This document shows, piece after piece, positions 1-10,803 of a stretch of DNA of 54,764 nt. A model generated the notes under the pieces. That model made no database searches. It saw only the letters and a list, made by a program, of their open reading frames with translations, and was not told the DNA's origin. This DNA is from Hydrolagus affinis (taxonomy: Eukaryota), in NCBI GenBank assembly GCA_012026655.1, contig JAAILG010002410.1, positions 1 to 54,764 on the forward strand, in the 5' to 3' direction. A program made the position numbers and the translations under genes. How positions within the stretch are numbered: position 1 is the stretch's first letter; every line of letters begins with the position of its first letter.

Positions 1-73
1 GGGGTGTGGGGTGGGCTGTGTTTGGGGGGGTGCTGTGTATGGGGGAGCTGCTGACTGCGGATCTTACACACAG

Positions 74-203
74 GCATACTTTGACAACGACCACTGGGTG
101 CGGTACTTCCTGCACACCGGTCACCTGACCATCGCGGGCTGCAAGATGTCCAAATCCTTAAAAAACTTCATCACCATTAAGGATGCCCTGAGCAAGCACA
201 CAG
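74..203 (+). CDS. CARS1: CARS1 exon (AYFDNDHW...KMSKS...DALSKHT)
   Basis: cag|GCA acceptor, G|gtacc donor, contains KMSKS. Confidence 0.95.
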
Positions 204-3200
204 GTACCAGCCGCCTACACCACAGCCTCCCAACACTGTGCCACCTCCATCCCCATCCCCCTCTCCTTCCCCCTCTCCCTCCCCCCCTATCACTCCTCTC
301 CCCATCTCTCCAGCTACGGGTGAGGGGCTCTGGCTGAGGGAGGACTTGGGTGGGAGGGGGGACTGCGGGGGAGGAGATTGTCTCCAGCGTTGGAAGGTCT
401 CTTGATGGTGTCTGTGTTTCTAGCCCGTCAGCTTCGTTTGGCATTCCTCATGCACTCCTGGAAGGACACACTGGACTATTCCAGCAACACTATGGAGTCA
501 GCCATTCAATATGAGAGGTTCTTAAATGTAAGTGCATTTACATCCCGTGTTTGTGTGGCAATGCAGGGTGGTTTGTGCTGGAGGGTGGGATGACTTGTGC
601 GTTGCTGGGTGTCTAATCTCTGGTTATGTGCACCATGTTTGACAGGAGTTCTTCCTGACTGTGAAAGATATCCTCCGGACACCAACCAGCATCACCGGCC
701 AATTTGAGAAGTGGCAGCAACACGAGGTGGCCATCAACAACGGGTCAGTGTCTGTGGGGTGGGGAAGGGGATGGGTGTCTGCCCTGAGCTAGCTGGGGTG
801 AGGGGCATGTCTGCCCTGGGCTAGGCTGCAGTGAGATCCTGGGTTGGGGTCTGGGCAAGGCTGGTGGTGGATTGGGAGGGGGAGTGTCTGTCCAGGATGA
901 GGAGGTGGGGTGTAAGACCTGGATTCTCTTGCTATCGGAGCCTGGCTGTGAGGGGCTCACTGAGAGGGCAGACAGGGCAGTGTGATACCATGGTGTGTGT
1001 GTGTTGCAGATTTGGGGAAAGGAAGCGAGCAGTGCACGCTGCGCTGTGTGACAATATCGACACTCGCACAGTGCTGGAGGAGCTCCGGGGCCTCGTCACT
1101 CAGTGCAACACGTACATCGGACTGGAGAAGAGCAAAAAACGTCTGCCCAACCGCCTGCTGCTCAGCCGCATCGCAACCTACATCACACACATGTTTAAAG
1201 TGAGGAGCTAGGACACTGCCATCGCCCGCAGCTCTCTTTAACTCTTGGACTCTCGCTCTCTCCTTCCCCCTTGCCCCAAGCTCTCTCTCCCCTCCCCCAA
1301 GACCACCCCTCCCCCAAGACCACCCCCCCCCATCCCAACCATCCCCACCTGCCCTGTACTCTTGTGCCTGTGATTGCTTACAGCTGTGATCGTTGACTGC
1401 CTCTTTGTCCTGTTTACATCAACAGATCTTTGGAGCAATAGAGGGTGAGGAGCCCATTGGATTCCCAGTTGGAGGTGCCAGCCACAGTGTGAACGTAAGT
1501 CAACAATAAATTACAATAAATTGTAGGGCGGCTTTCACATCGGAAAGTTGCTGGCAATTTAGAGGTCAGATTTGAACCAGTGTCCCCACAGCAACCGTCT
1601 ACCCAACCGTGGGAGTGGGGAGATCAGCGAGGTCTCCTTGGAGCTCAACTGGCTCCAACGTGATATGTTTTGCAACAAAATGTCGGTATGGAGCCAGCCC
1701 TGTGTGATGTTTTCTTGTCTGGTTGCTGAGCCAGGCGGGTCAGACTATTCCAGGGCACGACTGATAAAAGTGGCTCTTTGTCTTCTTCTGCAGCTTGAAA
1801 CCACAGTCATGCCTTACTTGAAGGCCATGTCAGATTTCCGAGAGAGCGTCCGCCACATCGCCCGTGAGAGGAGAGGTGTGGACTGAGGGTCTGCTGGGGG
1901 AGGGGAGCGGGCCTTGGGGGGGGAGATCATTATGGAGTGGGAGGTGCAATTTGGGGGCATTGCGGGTGGAGCAGATTGGGTGTGGAGCGTGTTGGGCAGG
2001 AGCGGATTTGAGGGGGGATTGTGTTTGAGTGGGGAGTGTGTGTGAGGATGGAGTATGTTTGGGCGTGTGTATTTTAGGGTGGTTGAGCTGTGTACAGCAG
2101 GTTGAAGGTCGGGGTAAGATGCCTCCCTGGTGATGCCCGGCTCTGTTTGCTGCTGTTACAGTTAGTGAGGTGCTGCAGGTGTGTGATTCTTTCCGAGATG
2201 ACGTGCTCCCAGAGCTCGGTGTGAGACTTGAGGATCACGAAGGTAACGTCTTTCTCTCGCTGTCACAGAGAGTCTGGCTCCTGTCCTCTGCCCCACCAGA
2301 GCTTTCAGCCATACCGCTCGCTGAAACTGCCGTGCTCCCTTATCTTCATTACCCCATTTCTGCTTTCAGTCACCTCCTCCCTCACTCCCTCCCTCGCTTC
2401 CGCACCTCTCCCAGCGTTTGCTGTGAAGTTGAGTGTAATTGTCAGGTTACTAACAGTGGTGTGTGTGCAGGGCTGCCCACGGTGGTGAAGTTGGTTGATA
2501 GAGAGATGCTGCTTAAGGAACGAGAGGAGAAAAAACAGGTAACAATGACGAGTGTGACACAGTGGCGAGGGAGAGGTTGGGACTGTGGGAGAGGGGACTT
2601 GTGTGGAACCGGGTGTCACCATACCCAGGTATCGTGCAGAGCAACCTGTTTGTGTTTATGGGGGTGGTGAGTATGTGTGGATGTGGGTGCATGTATGTGC
2701 ATGCATGTAATCCCCAGCACACACACAGATAATTACTTGAGTTTTGTTTCCAGCTTGAAGAGGAGAAGAGGAGGAAAAAGGAGGGGGCATTGCAGAAAAA
2801 ACAACAGCAGGAGGTGAGAGACAGAGAGAAAGACTCACAGACAGAGGGGCTCACAGACAGAGGGGCTCACAGACAGAGGGGCTCACAGACAGAGGGGCTC
2901 ACAGACAGAGGGGCTCACAGACAGAGGGGCTCACAGACAGAGGGGCTCACAGACAGAGGGGCTCACAGACAGAGAGTGAGAAGAAGAGAGAGGCTCACAG
3001 ACAGATAGACAACAACAACCTGCATTTATGTAGCGCCCTTCATGCGGGATATCACCCCAGAGTGCTTCACGTAGGTGGGGTCTTACCCTGCACCAGGGGG
3101 AGAGGGTAGGTGGAGGTAACCATAAGCACGATCAAAGAGTCTTTCCCCGAGATTTGAAGGTGGGGAGGGAGAGTGTTCCAGAGATTCGGACTGTAATATC

Positions 3201-4352
3201 TGAAGGCTTGTTCATCGATGCTGGAGAGGAGGGCATGAGAGAGAAATAAGAGACCAGAACCAACTGAGTGGAGACAGAGAGTGAACAGCAATTCTGTCAG
3301 GGAGTGACGCAATCTGTCCCCTCCTAATAGGAAGCAAAACTTGCCAGGATGAAAATCCCCCCCAGTGAGATGTTCCGAATGGAGAAGGACAAATATTCCA
3401 AGTTTGATGAGAATGTAAGTATCTGGCAGGGTAGTGCTTTGGGGGTCTAGTCAGCAGGATTCCTGCTGCTTCCTGTGGTGCAGTGCTGATGCTCCAGCCA
3501 TTACAGTATGTTAGCCACGAGCCAATAGTCTCACCCCTATGTGGTGGGGATAAACCAAGTCTTCGAGCGACAGCCACTGGAGCCACTGATTCAGCTCTAC
3601 ACCTTCAACTGGTGGAACCATCGCTCAATGGGAAGGGATGTGTGTCCAAGCTGGAAGATGGTAGCACATATTTTATGCTGGAAGCTCGCAGGAAGTTCCT
3701 GGTACCTGACGTCCACCCAGTGAGGGCTCAAATCTGCCCTTGTCAGATGTCAATTGATATACTGGTGACTACCTGCCATGGGGATTTCAGTAAGGTCTCC
3801 TTGGAGCTGAAAAGACTCCAATGGGAAATATTTGCCAATGTGATGAGCCAGGCGAGTCACAGTTCTCCACGGCAATGCTGATTATAGCATAGCCAGCCTG
3901 GCTCATCGGGCAGTTGAATCAGTTGGGGCAGGGAGGCATCCCACTCAGCTCCTGTTAGCCCAGCAACAACATCAACAACAAGCCAAAGCCCTAACAGGCA
4001 GAGTGGTCCTAGTTTGACATGCAGTGGGAAAGCTTGTCAGACAACTCTCAATGCCAAGCTATGCAGTTTTAGCTGGTTAGACTCCAGCAGTTATCCCAAC
4101 GCACACTCTGGGTCCCCAAGTTTGGCTCTCATCAACCTGCACCTAAACGTCTCTGCGATTAGTTAAGCAGAGTGAGGGAGTGTGAGAACGAGTCTGACTT
4201 CCGCACCCTTGCTTCTTTCTCAGGGGTTCCCCACTCACGACGTTGAGGGAAAAGAGCTGAGTAAGGGACAGAGCAAGAAGCTGAGGAAAGCGTATGAGGC
4301 GCAGGAGAAGCTGTACAGCGATTATGTCCACACGCTGCAGAGTGAGAGCTGA
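74..4352 (+). CDS. CARS1: Cysteinyl-tRNA synthetase, cytoplasmic: 3' part of the gene (11 exons; 5' part lies outside the window)
   Basis: Joining 74-203, 424-527, 646-743, 1010-1199, 1426-1494, 1794-1875, 2162-2242, 2471-2538, 2754-2813, 3331-3414 and 4224-4352 gives one continuous frame with all introns GT-AG. The peptide ([32 protein letters not shown]...[31 protein letters not shown]...*) matches the vertebrate CARS1 C-terminal half, including the class I KMSKS motif at 143-157. Confidence 0.97.
424..527 (+). CDS. CARS1: CARS1 exon ([35 protein letters not shown])
   Basis: tag| acceptor, |gtaagt donor, frame continues. Confidence 0.95.
646..743 (+). CDS. CARS1: CARS1 exon ([32 protein letters not shown])
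   Basis: cag| acceptor, |gtcagt donor; absent from the ORF track but in frame. Confidence 0.93.
1010..1199 (+). CDS. CARS1: CARS1 exon ([25 protein letters not shown]...YITHMFK)
   Basis: ttgcag| acceptor, |gtgagg donor; helical anticodon-binding region. Confidence 0.95.
1426..1494 (+). CDS. CARS1: CARS1 exon ([23 protein letters not shown])
   Basis: cag| acceptor, |gtaagt donor. Confidence 0.93.
1794..1875 (+). CDS. CARS1: CARS1 exon ([27 protein letters not shown])
   Basis: ctgcag| acceptor, G|gtgtgg donor. Confidence 0.93.
2162..2242 (+). CDS. CARS1: CARS1 exon ([27 protein letters not shown])
   Basis: tacag| acceptor, G|gtaacg donor; D..RD..LP.LGVRLED anticodon-domain motif. Confidence 0.93.
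2471..2538 (+). CDS. CARS1: CARS1 exon ([23 protein letters not shown])
   Basis: gcag| acceptor, CAG|gtaac donor. Confidence 0.95.
2754..2813 (+). CDS. CARS1: CARS1 exon ([20 protein letters not shown])
   Basis: tttccag| acceptor, GAG|gtgag donor. Confidence 0.92.
2834..2974. repeat. Minisatellite, 16-bp unit CTCACAGACAGAGGGG, ~8.8 copies
   Basis: Exact tandem units starting at 2834, 2850 ... 2962 in a CARS1 intron. Confidence 0.95.
3010..3290 (-). mobile_element. L2-clade LINE 3' fragment
   Basis: Minus-strand peptide [14 protein letters not shown] resembles the ORF2 C-terminus; same 3' tail as the L2 copy at 34.2 kb. Confidence 0.6.
3331..3414 (+). CDS. CARS1: CARS1 exon ([28 protein letters not shown])
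   Basis: tag| acceptor, |gtaagt donor. Confidence 0.95.
4224..4352 (+). CDS. CARS1: CARS1 last coding exon ([16 protein letters not shown]...VHTLQSES*)
   Basis: tttctcag| acceptor, TGA at 4350-4352. Confidence 0.95.
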   Translation, partial: GFPTHDVEGKELSKGQSKKLRKAYEAQEKLYSDYVHTLQSES

Positions 4353-4670
4353 ACTCAGGCAGCGCTCGCCAGCCGTCTGACCGGAGACTGGGGGGCAGCA
4401 AAGGGAGTGTGTGAGTGAATGAGTGAGTGTGAATATACCAATTAGTGTAAATGTGAGGGTGAGTGAGTAAATCCATTGACCATTGACTGTAACCTCTTGA
4501 CTGGGAGGCAAACCATGAATGAAAATTCCAATGGGGGTGGTGGGGCTTTCCCCACCCCTGGTGTCCGTCTGAGGGCCTTGGGTGGGGCCTCGTCACCAGC
4601 TCACATGCAGACATTTGACTTTTGATTTAATCTGATTGTCAATCTGATTGTGACAAACATTGCAGTAATT

Positions 4671-4676
4671 AATAAA
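4671..4676 (+). terminator. CARS1: CARS1 polyadenylation signal AATAAA
   Basis: First AATAAA after the stop codon, ~320 nt downstream. Confidence 0.7.
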
Positions 4677-5215
4677 TGAAGCTTTGAGACTTGGTGAACA
4701 GCAATGCTATTACGAGCCACAGCTGTGTTTATTATACATCACACATTGCCCTGATGGGGAAAGCTTGAAGGTCGCAGCTTAGCTTCCAGCTTGGGTTAGT
4801 GAGCAGAAATCTGCCAATGTTCCCTGCTCCTGATTGCTGTCAGAGCCCCTGCTGGAAGGTGGGTATGGAGCCTCGAGGGGTGGAGGGGGGGCGGGATCAG
4901 AAACTGCGCTGCTCTGAGCTTTTGCTGATGCACAGCTGGGTTGTAGAATAGCTGTGGATCAATTCCTGAGAATGCTTCCTCAGTGGACATCCCCAACTCT
5001 GCTTCAAACCCATCACCAAGATGAAGCTTCCTTCCATCACCCACTTGTGTCCCTCATCTTCTCAACAGTGAATCCATCATCAATGCCTTGGCCACCTCAA
5101 GATAAGACTGCTCCAACTCGCTTCCTTACATTAACCCTCTACAGGCATTAAATTAGCACAACTGCCCTGAAATGATCTCAACACATCCAATATTCCCACT
5201 GCTTATCAGTATTCA

Positions 5216-5395
5216 TAATAATAATAATCCTTGTATTTGATATAGCGCTTTTCACATCTTATCGACGTCTCAAAGCGCTTCACAGATTATACTGTAAAGT
5301 GAATTGACTGCATATTTGTGGATGAAACACGGCAGCCAATTGCGCACAACAGTGTCCCACAAACAATCATGGATTGAAAATGACCAATTTTCATG
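5216..5395 (-). mobile_element. 3' half of the abundant tRNA-derived SINE
   Basis: Near-identical to 46577-46755 (TAATAATCCTTG.ATTTGATATAGCGC...GCAGCCAATTGCGCACA). Confidence 0.85.
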
Positions 5396-5660
5396 GGCCA
5401 CTGCTGCTTGTGCGAGTGCGGAGCTGAGGTTAAATTCCCCAGGACACTGCCCCACCTGAAGGGCGCTATATACAATGTAAATCCAAATTATTGTAGGCCA
5501 GATCTGGAGTTGGGTGAGATAAATGTTCATCGCATGCACGCTTGCGCCATACCTATAATGATCGGGGTGATAATTATTCATATAAAATTTTTGAAGCCAC
5601 GAAATGTTTAAAAATATTCAACAAGTCAGAGAAATCAACACCAATGGCTCCATGACCTCC

Positions 5661-6115
5661 TAATAATAATAATCTTGCATTATATGATACAGTGCCTTAT
5701 CGCATCTTCGAAACGTCTCAAAAGTTCTTCACAAAATATAATAATCCTTGCATTTGATATTGCGATTTTCACATCTTCTAGATGTCTCAAAGTGCTTCAC
5801 AGAATGTACTGTAAAGTGAATTGACTGGCAACTGCATGCAGGAATGTCCCACAAACAGTCCTGCATTGAAGTGATCAATTTATTATTTTTCTGAGGGATT
5901 ACTATTAGGCGTGTGGAGTACGGAAACTTGGCCAAGGTTTCGCCCTGCCTGGAACTGAACCAAGGTCTCTCGCTTGTCAGGTGAGTATTCTAACCACTGA
6001 GCTACAGGACTCCCAATATACTGTAAAGCGTAGTGACTGTGTGTTATGTGGGTGGAACATGGCAGCCAATTGTGCACAGCAGTATCCCGCAAACAGTGGT
6101 GGATTGATTGACCAA
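5661..6115 (-). mobile_element. Cluster of tRNA-derived SINE copies, including one with a tRNA-like head (~5738-6017)
   Basis: Minus-strand head with A box TAGCTCAGTGG and B box GGTTCAGTTCC; body and (TTA)n tail shared with other copies. Confidence 0.8.
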
Positions 6116-6199
6116 ATAATTATATATATATATGTATTATATAGCCTTCTGTCCATCACTGACTATACAGTCTAGCCTGGACACTCTGAAGCATGGGGG

Positions 6200-6473
6200 T
6201 GGTTTGGGGCACGTGTCAGGCACCTGACTGACCACGTTGTTGTATTTCAGGCAATAGACTGAAATTGACACCTTTAAGAATCCACGCCAACTCTTCTGCA
6301 AGGCGCCTGCTCATTGGTCGGCGACTCGCAGACCAATCGGTGAGTGCCTCAGCGCTGCCCCCGCTGGCGGCGTGGGAGCTACAGGGAACGCCAGCCCGCG
6401 TGAGGGAGAGGGACAGCCGCCGCCCGTCATCCTGTTAGCCAGGCCCCAAACTGAGCCTCAGCCCGGCAGCCAG
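6200..6473 (+). promoter_or_regulatory. NAP1L4: Putative NAP1L4 promoter and non-coding first exon
   Basis: Only CpG-dense patch between CARS1 and the NAP1L4 ATG exon. E-box CACGTG at 6210-6215, inverted CCAAT pair at 6313-6317 and 6333-6337, followed by a CAG|GTAAC donor at 6474. The TSS itself cannot be determined. Confidence 0.65.
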
Positions 6474-6680
6474 GTAACACACACACACACACAGAGACTG
6501 GCCTCACACTGAGCCTCAGCCCGGCAGCCAGGTAACACACACACACACACACACACACAGAGACTGGCCTCACACTGAGCCTCAGCCCGGCAGCCAGGTA
6601 ACACACACACACAGAGACTGGCCTCACACTGAGCCTCAGCCCGGCAGCCAGGTAACACACACACAGAGACTGGCCTCACG
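6451..6680 (+). repeat. Tandem repeat of 54-66 bp units (4 copies) with an embedded (AC)n tract and a splice donor; degenerate copies extend to ~6810
   Basis: Unit CTGAGCCTCAGCCCGGCAGCCAG|GTAAC(AC)nAGAGACTGGCCTCACA; GT at 6474, 6532, 6598 and 6652. Confidence 0.93.
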
Positions 6681-6899
6681 CTGACTAGACAGAGAGAGAG
6701 AGAGACAGACAGAGAGACAGGCCTTACACTGACCAGGCAGAGAGAGAGGGAGACGAGCCTCACACTGACTAGACAGAGAGAGAGATAGTTCTAGGCCTCA
6801 AACTGAGACTCAACATGGAAATGGGGAACGTGGGCTAATACAGTGTACACGTTTGTACATTTTTGTAATATGCGTTACAGTTATTAAAATGTAAATCAT

Positions 6900-7110
6900 T
6901 TTCGTTGCCCAGAGAGTTGTTATGAACTGGAATGCACTGCTGGTTACAGATTCGATAATAGCTTTCAAAGTGGAATTAGATAAGTACTTAAAACATTTTT
7001 TGCCAAGCTTTGGGATAAGAGTAGGGGAGGGGGATTAATTGGTAGCTCTTTCAAAGAGCTGCACAAGCACGATGGGCTGAATGAGCTCCTGTGCTGTATG
7101 ATTCTATGAA
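6900..7110 (+). mobile_element. CR1 LINE 3' end
   Basis: Encodes QRVVMNWNAL...FKVELDKYL, typical of the CR1 ORF2 terminus, and ends in a GATTCTATGA-type tail. Confidence 0.7.
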
Positions 7111-10100
7111 ATGCTTTTTAAATGATCAGTGAGCACCAAGGGGCAAGGATGGGAGGGAAATTTAGGTTTAAAAGGAGAGGAATGTAAACCGGGTTTTGGA
7201 GCCAGGATTGAAGGTGAAAGGATTTGGGGAGAAATCAATCAAATAATCGGATCATATCAATGCTCCGAGATGCTACCCTATGTGAAGGGCGTTATATACA
7301 TACAATTTGTTGTTGTCGTGGCTGAACTCTTGAGTAATAATAAGTAATTGAGCCCAGTCAGAAAAATGCTGGGTGGGTAGCATAGGAGCACATTGGGTTT
7401 AGACCACGAGGGGATCTGAAGGTCAAGAAGGGGATGTTGAAGTTTATCTCCTGGGTTGGGTACCTGGTGTTGGTAGAGGATAGGAGTACAACAATTTTAC
7501 TTTTGTAAGATGGTATTTGGAGCCTGGTATAGGATAGGGATTGAATAATGGGTGTGTGGAACCAGGTATGGGGTGGAGAGACTGGAGAAGTCTAGCCTTG
7601 AGGTGACCGGAGGGATGAGACCGTGTACACCAAATTTCATACTTGACCAGTATAGTTTTGAATATAAGTGTTAATTTTCCATTCAGTAACAGTGTAGTGA
7701 AAGACTCAGGAATGCTGCCTCCCTATCGTATAGTTTTCCCTGGGATATCATCTCTCACGTGTGATATGCAGACCAAGCCTAATGGTTTATTCGATCTATA
7801 CATTTCTGCGTTCAGACCCTGTAGATCCTGCACATATATACATGTATCCCTGAGCTGAGATTCATCTGGTGTGTGATAATACTGGTTGGAAGGACTTATT
7901 TCTTTCCATATTGGGATGCAGATTAACTGATAATGTCTGCATTTCTGGCCAGTGTGGCACATAGAGGATGGAGAGAGAATTACAGCACTCTTTTGCTGTA
8001 TTGCATAGGTGAAATTAGCAGCTGTTCACACAGATACTGATATTCTGCTCAGCTCACTACCCTGTAACTTGACCTGATCAGAAAGGTTCCTTGTTTTGGA
8101 GCTCATGGACATGAGCCACTTAGTGAAGTCAGCGTGATATACATTTCATATATGGTGATGGCTGGTGCATTGATTGTTTTGTTCCATCTCTACCTTGGGT
8201 TATGGCAGACAACTCCACTGTTAAAGTTTGATCTGATACCCAATCAGTGCAATTGATTTTTTGGGGGTCATCTGGGCGACTGACACACACAGAAACCCAT
8301 CACCATGCTATAAGAGTATCCAAAACAACCACATCACCTTGCATTGGTATAGTACCCTTCACGCAGAATAATATCTTGGAGACCTTTACAACAACAGGGT
8401 GGACATCAAGCGGGCGGTGGTGGGGGAGAAGAGATGACCGTAATGATGGTCAAAGAGGTTGGTTGCACGGCAGAATCGGGAGATGGACACAGGAGGTGGG
8501 GGAGGGAGTTACAGGTATTGGGCTGCAGATTTGGAAAGCTTGGTAACCAATGGTGGCAGAGATGCACAGCTGGCCTGAGTTAACTAACAGGAGGGTGAGC
8601 AGATGAGTTGGTAGGAGTGGCTCTTAGGGGATTTGAAATGGAACCACCGAGACCCAGGGAGGAAATGCAGCCTGACAAGGACTGGGTGATGGATTTGCAG
8701 AGTTTGGTGTGATTGTAGGTGTAATACAGATTAAGTTCCGCATATGTATATGCTCTACACAGCGGATTTGCCCTATAACTGAATGTAGGTCATGTGCTAA
8801 ATGCTCTTTATTGTGTCATCAGCTTTACAATGTCTTGTTTGCTTATCTGAGGGTATTGGGTGATATGTCAGTTTAAAGCAGTTTTGTTTAAGTTTTGTGT
8901 ACTTCATTACAAAATATAATTGAATTAAAAGTATTAATTTTTCCAATTCAGGACTGGTCTTCCAACAAGGAATGCAGCTTACTAGTCAAGTATAATGACT
9001 GTAGTAAGCTTATTGCAATGATGTACTTGTTTAATGCATTTCACGCCTGAGATATGCAGTGAGAGCCTAAACTGGGAACCATGTGACAGGCAGAGTTTTG
9101 AATGCAGTAAGCAAGTGTGCAAGGCAGAGGGATTTACGGAGAGTGGAAGTCAGAATAAAGGGCTTTACTCAAGTTGGGTAGGCAAGAGGGTGGAGGCACT
9201 TGAAAGTTAGTGTAAGTTATTCTGCTGGGAAATAGGAAACCACTGGTGCCTGGCAAGGATGGGGTCGATAGGTCATGGAATGTGGTGTGGGAAAGGGTAT
9301 GAGTTGTGGAGTTTGGGATATTTAGCTTGTGGAGCATTAAATTAGGAAGACTATTGAGGAGAGAATTGAAGAATGACGTTTGGAGGTGACTTGTGTTGAG
9401 GGTTTTGTCTACGTTGGTGAGTGAGCTGCAGGTAGAGGATGGTACATTAGAGGAAAGCAGACTGTACCATGATCAGATGAAAGGCTGATAGGAGGGCTGA
9501 GGGTTAAACAAAGTACAGTACTGAGATTGTGAGCAGCTAAACACTATATGCTGCTTGTCCAAATATGATACTTCTCCTGATGGTGAATGTCTGGCTGGCA
9601 GCCCAACAGGCTGGTTAACTGTTCAAAATGTCCTGGATTCCTGCAGATCTGCCTGACTTTTACCAGGTGCCTCCTCACCCTGCGTATCTACTCTTTCCCC
9701 ACATGTGAAGCCTGATATTATATAAAATGCTTGTTTTGGCAACATTGATTTGAACCTACCTTTCTTGTCCCAGGTTTTAAGTGACTCAGCTACCTGACTG
9801 CTAGCAACAAACTCATTATCCTGTGATTCATAATGATCTCCCAATTAGATTGGCCCCAAATCCTAGCAGCCTAAACATGTGTGGTGCTGAAGGTGCTTTT
9901 TTGTGTTTGGGGTATGTAAAATGCATTAAATGTTTGGAGCAAATGGTCTTCAGTGGTTTATAAACCCAAGTTCATATTGTGCTCAATTATTCATATTGTG
10001 AATAATGCCACATTGTTCTGTAAGGATTACAGTGCTTCAGCCACTGAGAACATACAATAACCATAATCTCTGAATTTAGTCCCATTGAGAGGGAGCAAGC

Positions 10101-10803
10101 GAGGGCCCAGAGTGTATAGTGAAAAGACTTCTTATAATGTTAGATTACACTAAATTTAGTGCTAATTGACTGCTGAGCATATAATAATTGCATTATTAAA
10201 TGCAAGTATTATTATACTGCAAAGGTGTACCAACATTAGAATGTCCATGTAACGCAAGCTGTATCATGCCCATACTGTATCACAACAACAAAATTAATTA
10301 GTCTAGCGTCTTTCACATCGTGAGGACATCCCAAGGTGCTGCACTTGCACTTATATAGTACCCTCCATGAACCGTGACCGACCTGCTGGGTATATAGGAT
10401 TGTAACCTGTGTTCATGTAACAGCTGTATTGGAACATTTTCCCTTCAAACTCTGGATATTGATGCTGACATGGGCTGGCTGGGGAGGGAACGTTGTATCC
10501 TGTAACATTTTCTCCCAAGCACCAGCAAACCCCAGCTCTCCACAGATTGACACATTGAAAATCCTGGGTTTTGTTTTAATTATTTCCTATTTGTTAACAC
10601 AAAGTTTTCCCTTCCAAAAGTTTGACTTTTGTTTTTCTGTCAATCATTTTAGAAGTGGGCAGTGAATGGTTTTCTCTCTGAAGTTGCTTGATTTTCCACC
10701 CGTGAGAAACGAAGCTGAAAGTTAACCAACTAAATCCTACAGGAAGCTTGTCAGTCGTCAACTTTACTATAGTCCCCGCCTGCCCAAACCCCTGCCTACC
10801 CAG

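Noticed and set aside
5940-6017. tRNA gene on the minus strand
   Set aside because: A and B boxes are present, but the sequence runs directly into a SINE body and recurs at ~46830-46930; no convincing cloverleaf
6451-6680. CRISPR-like repeat-spacer pattern
   Set aside because: The variable part is only (AC)n length, not unique spacers
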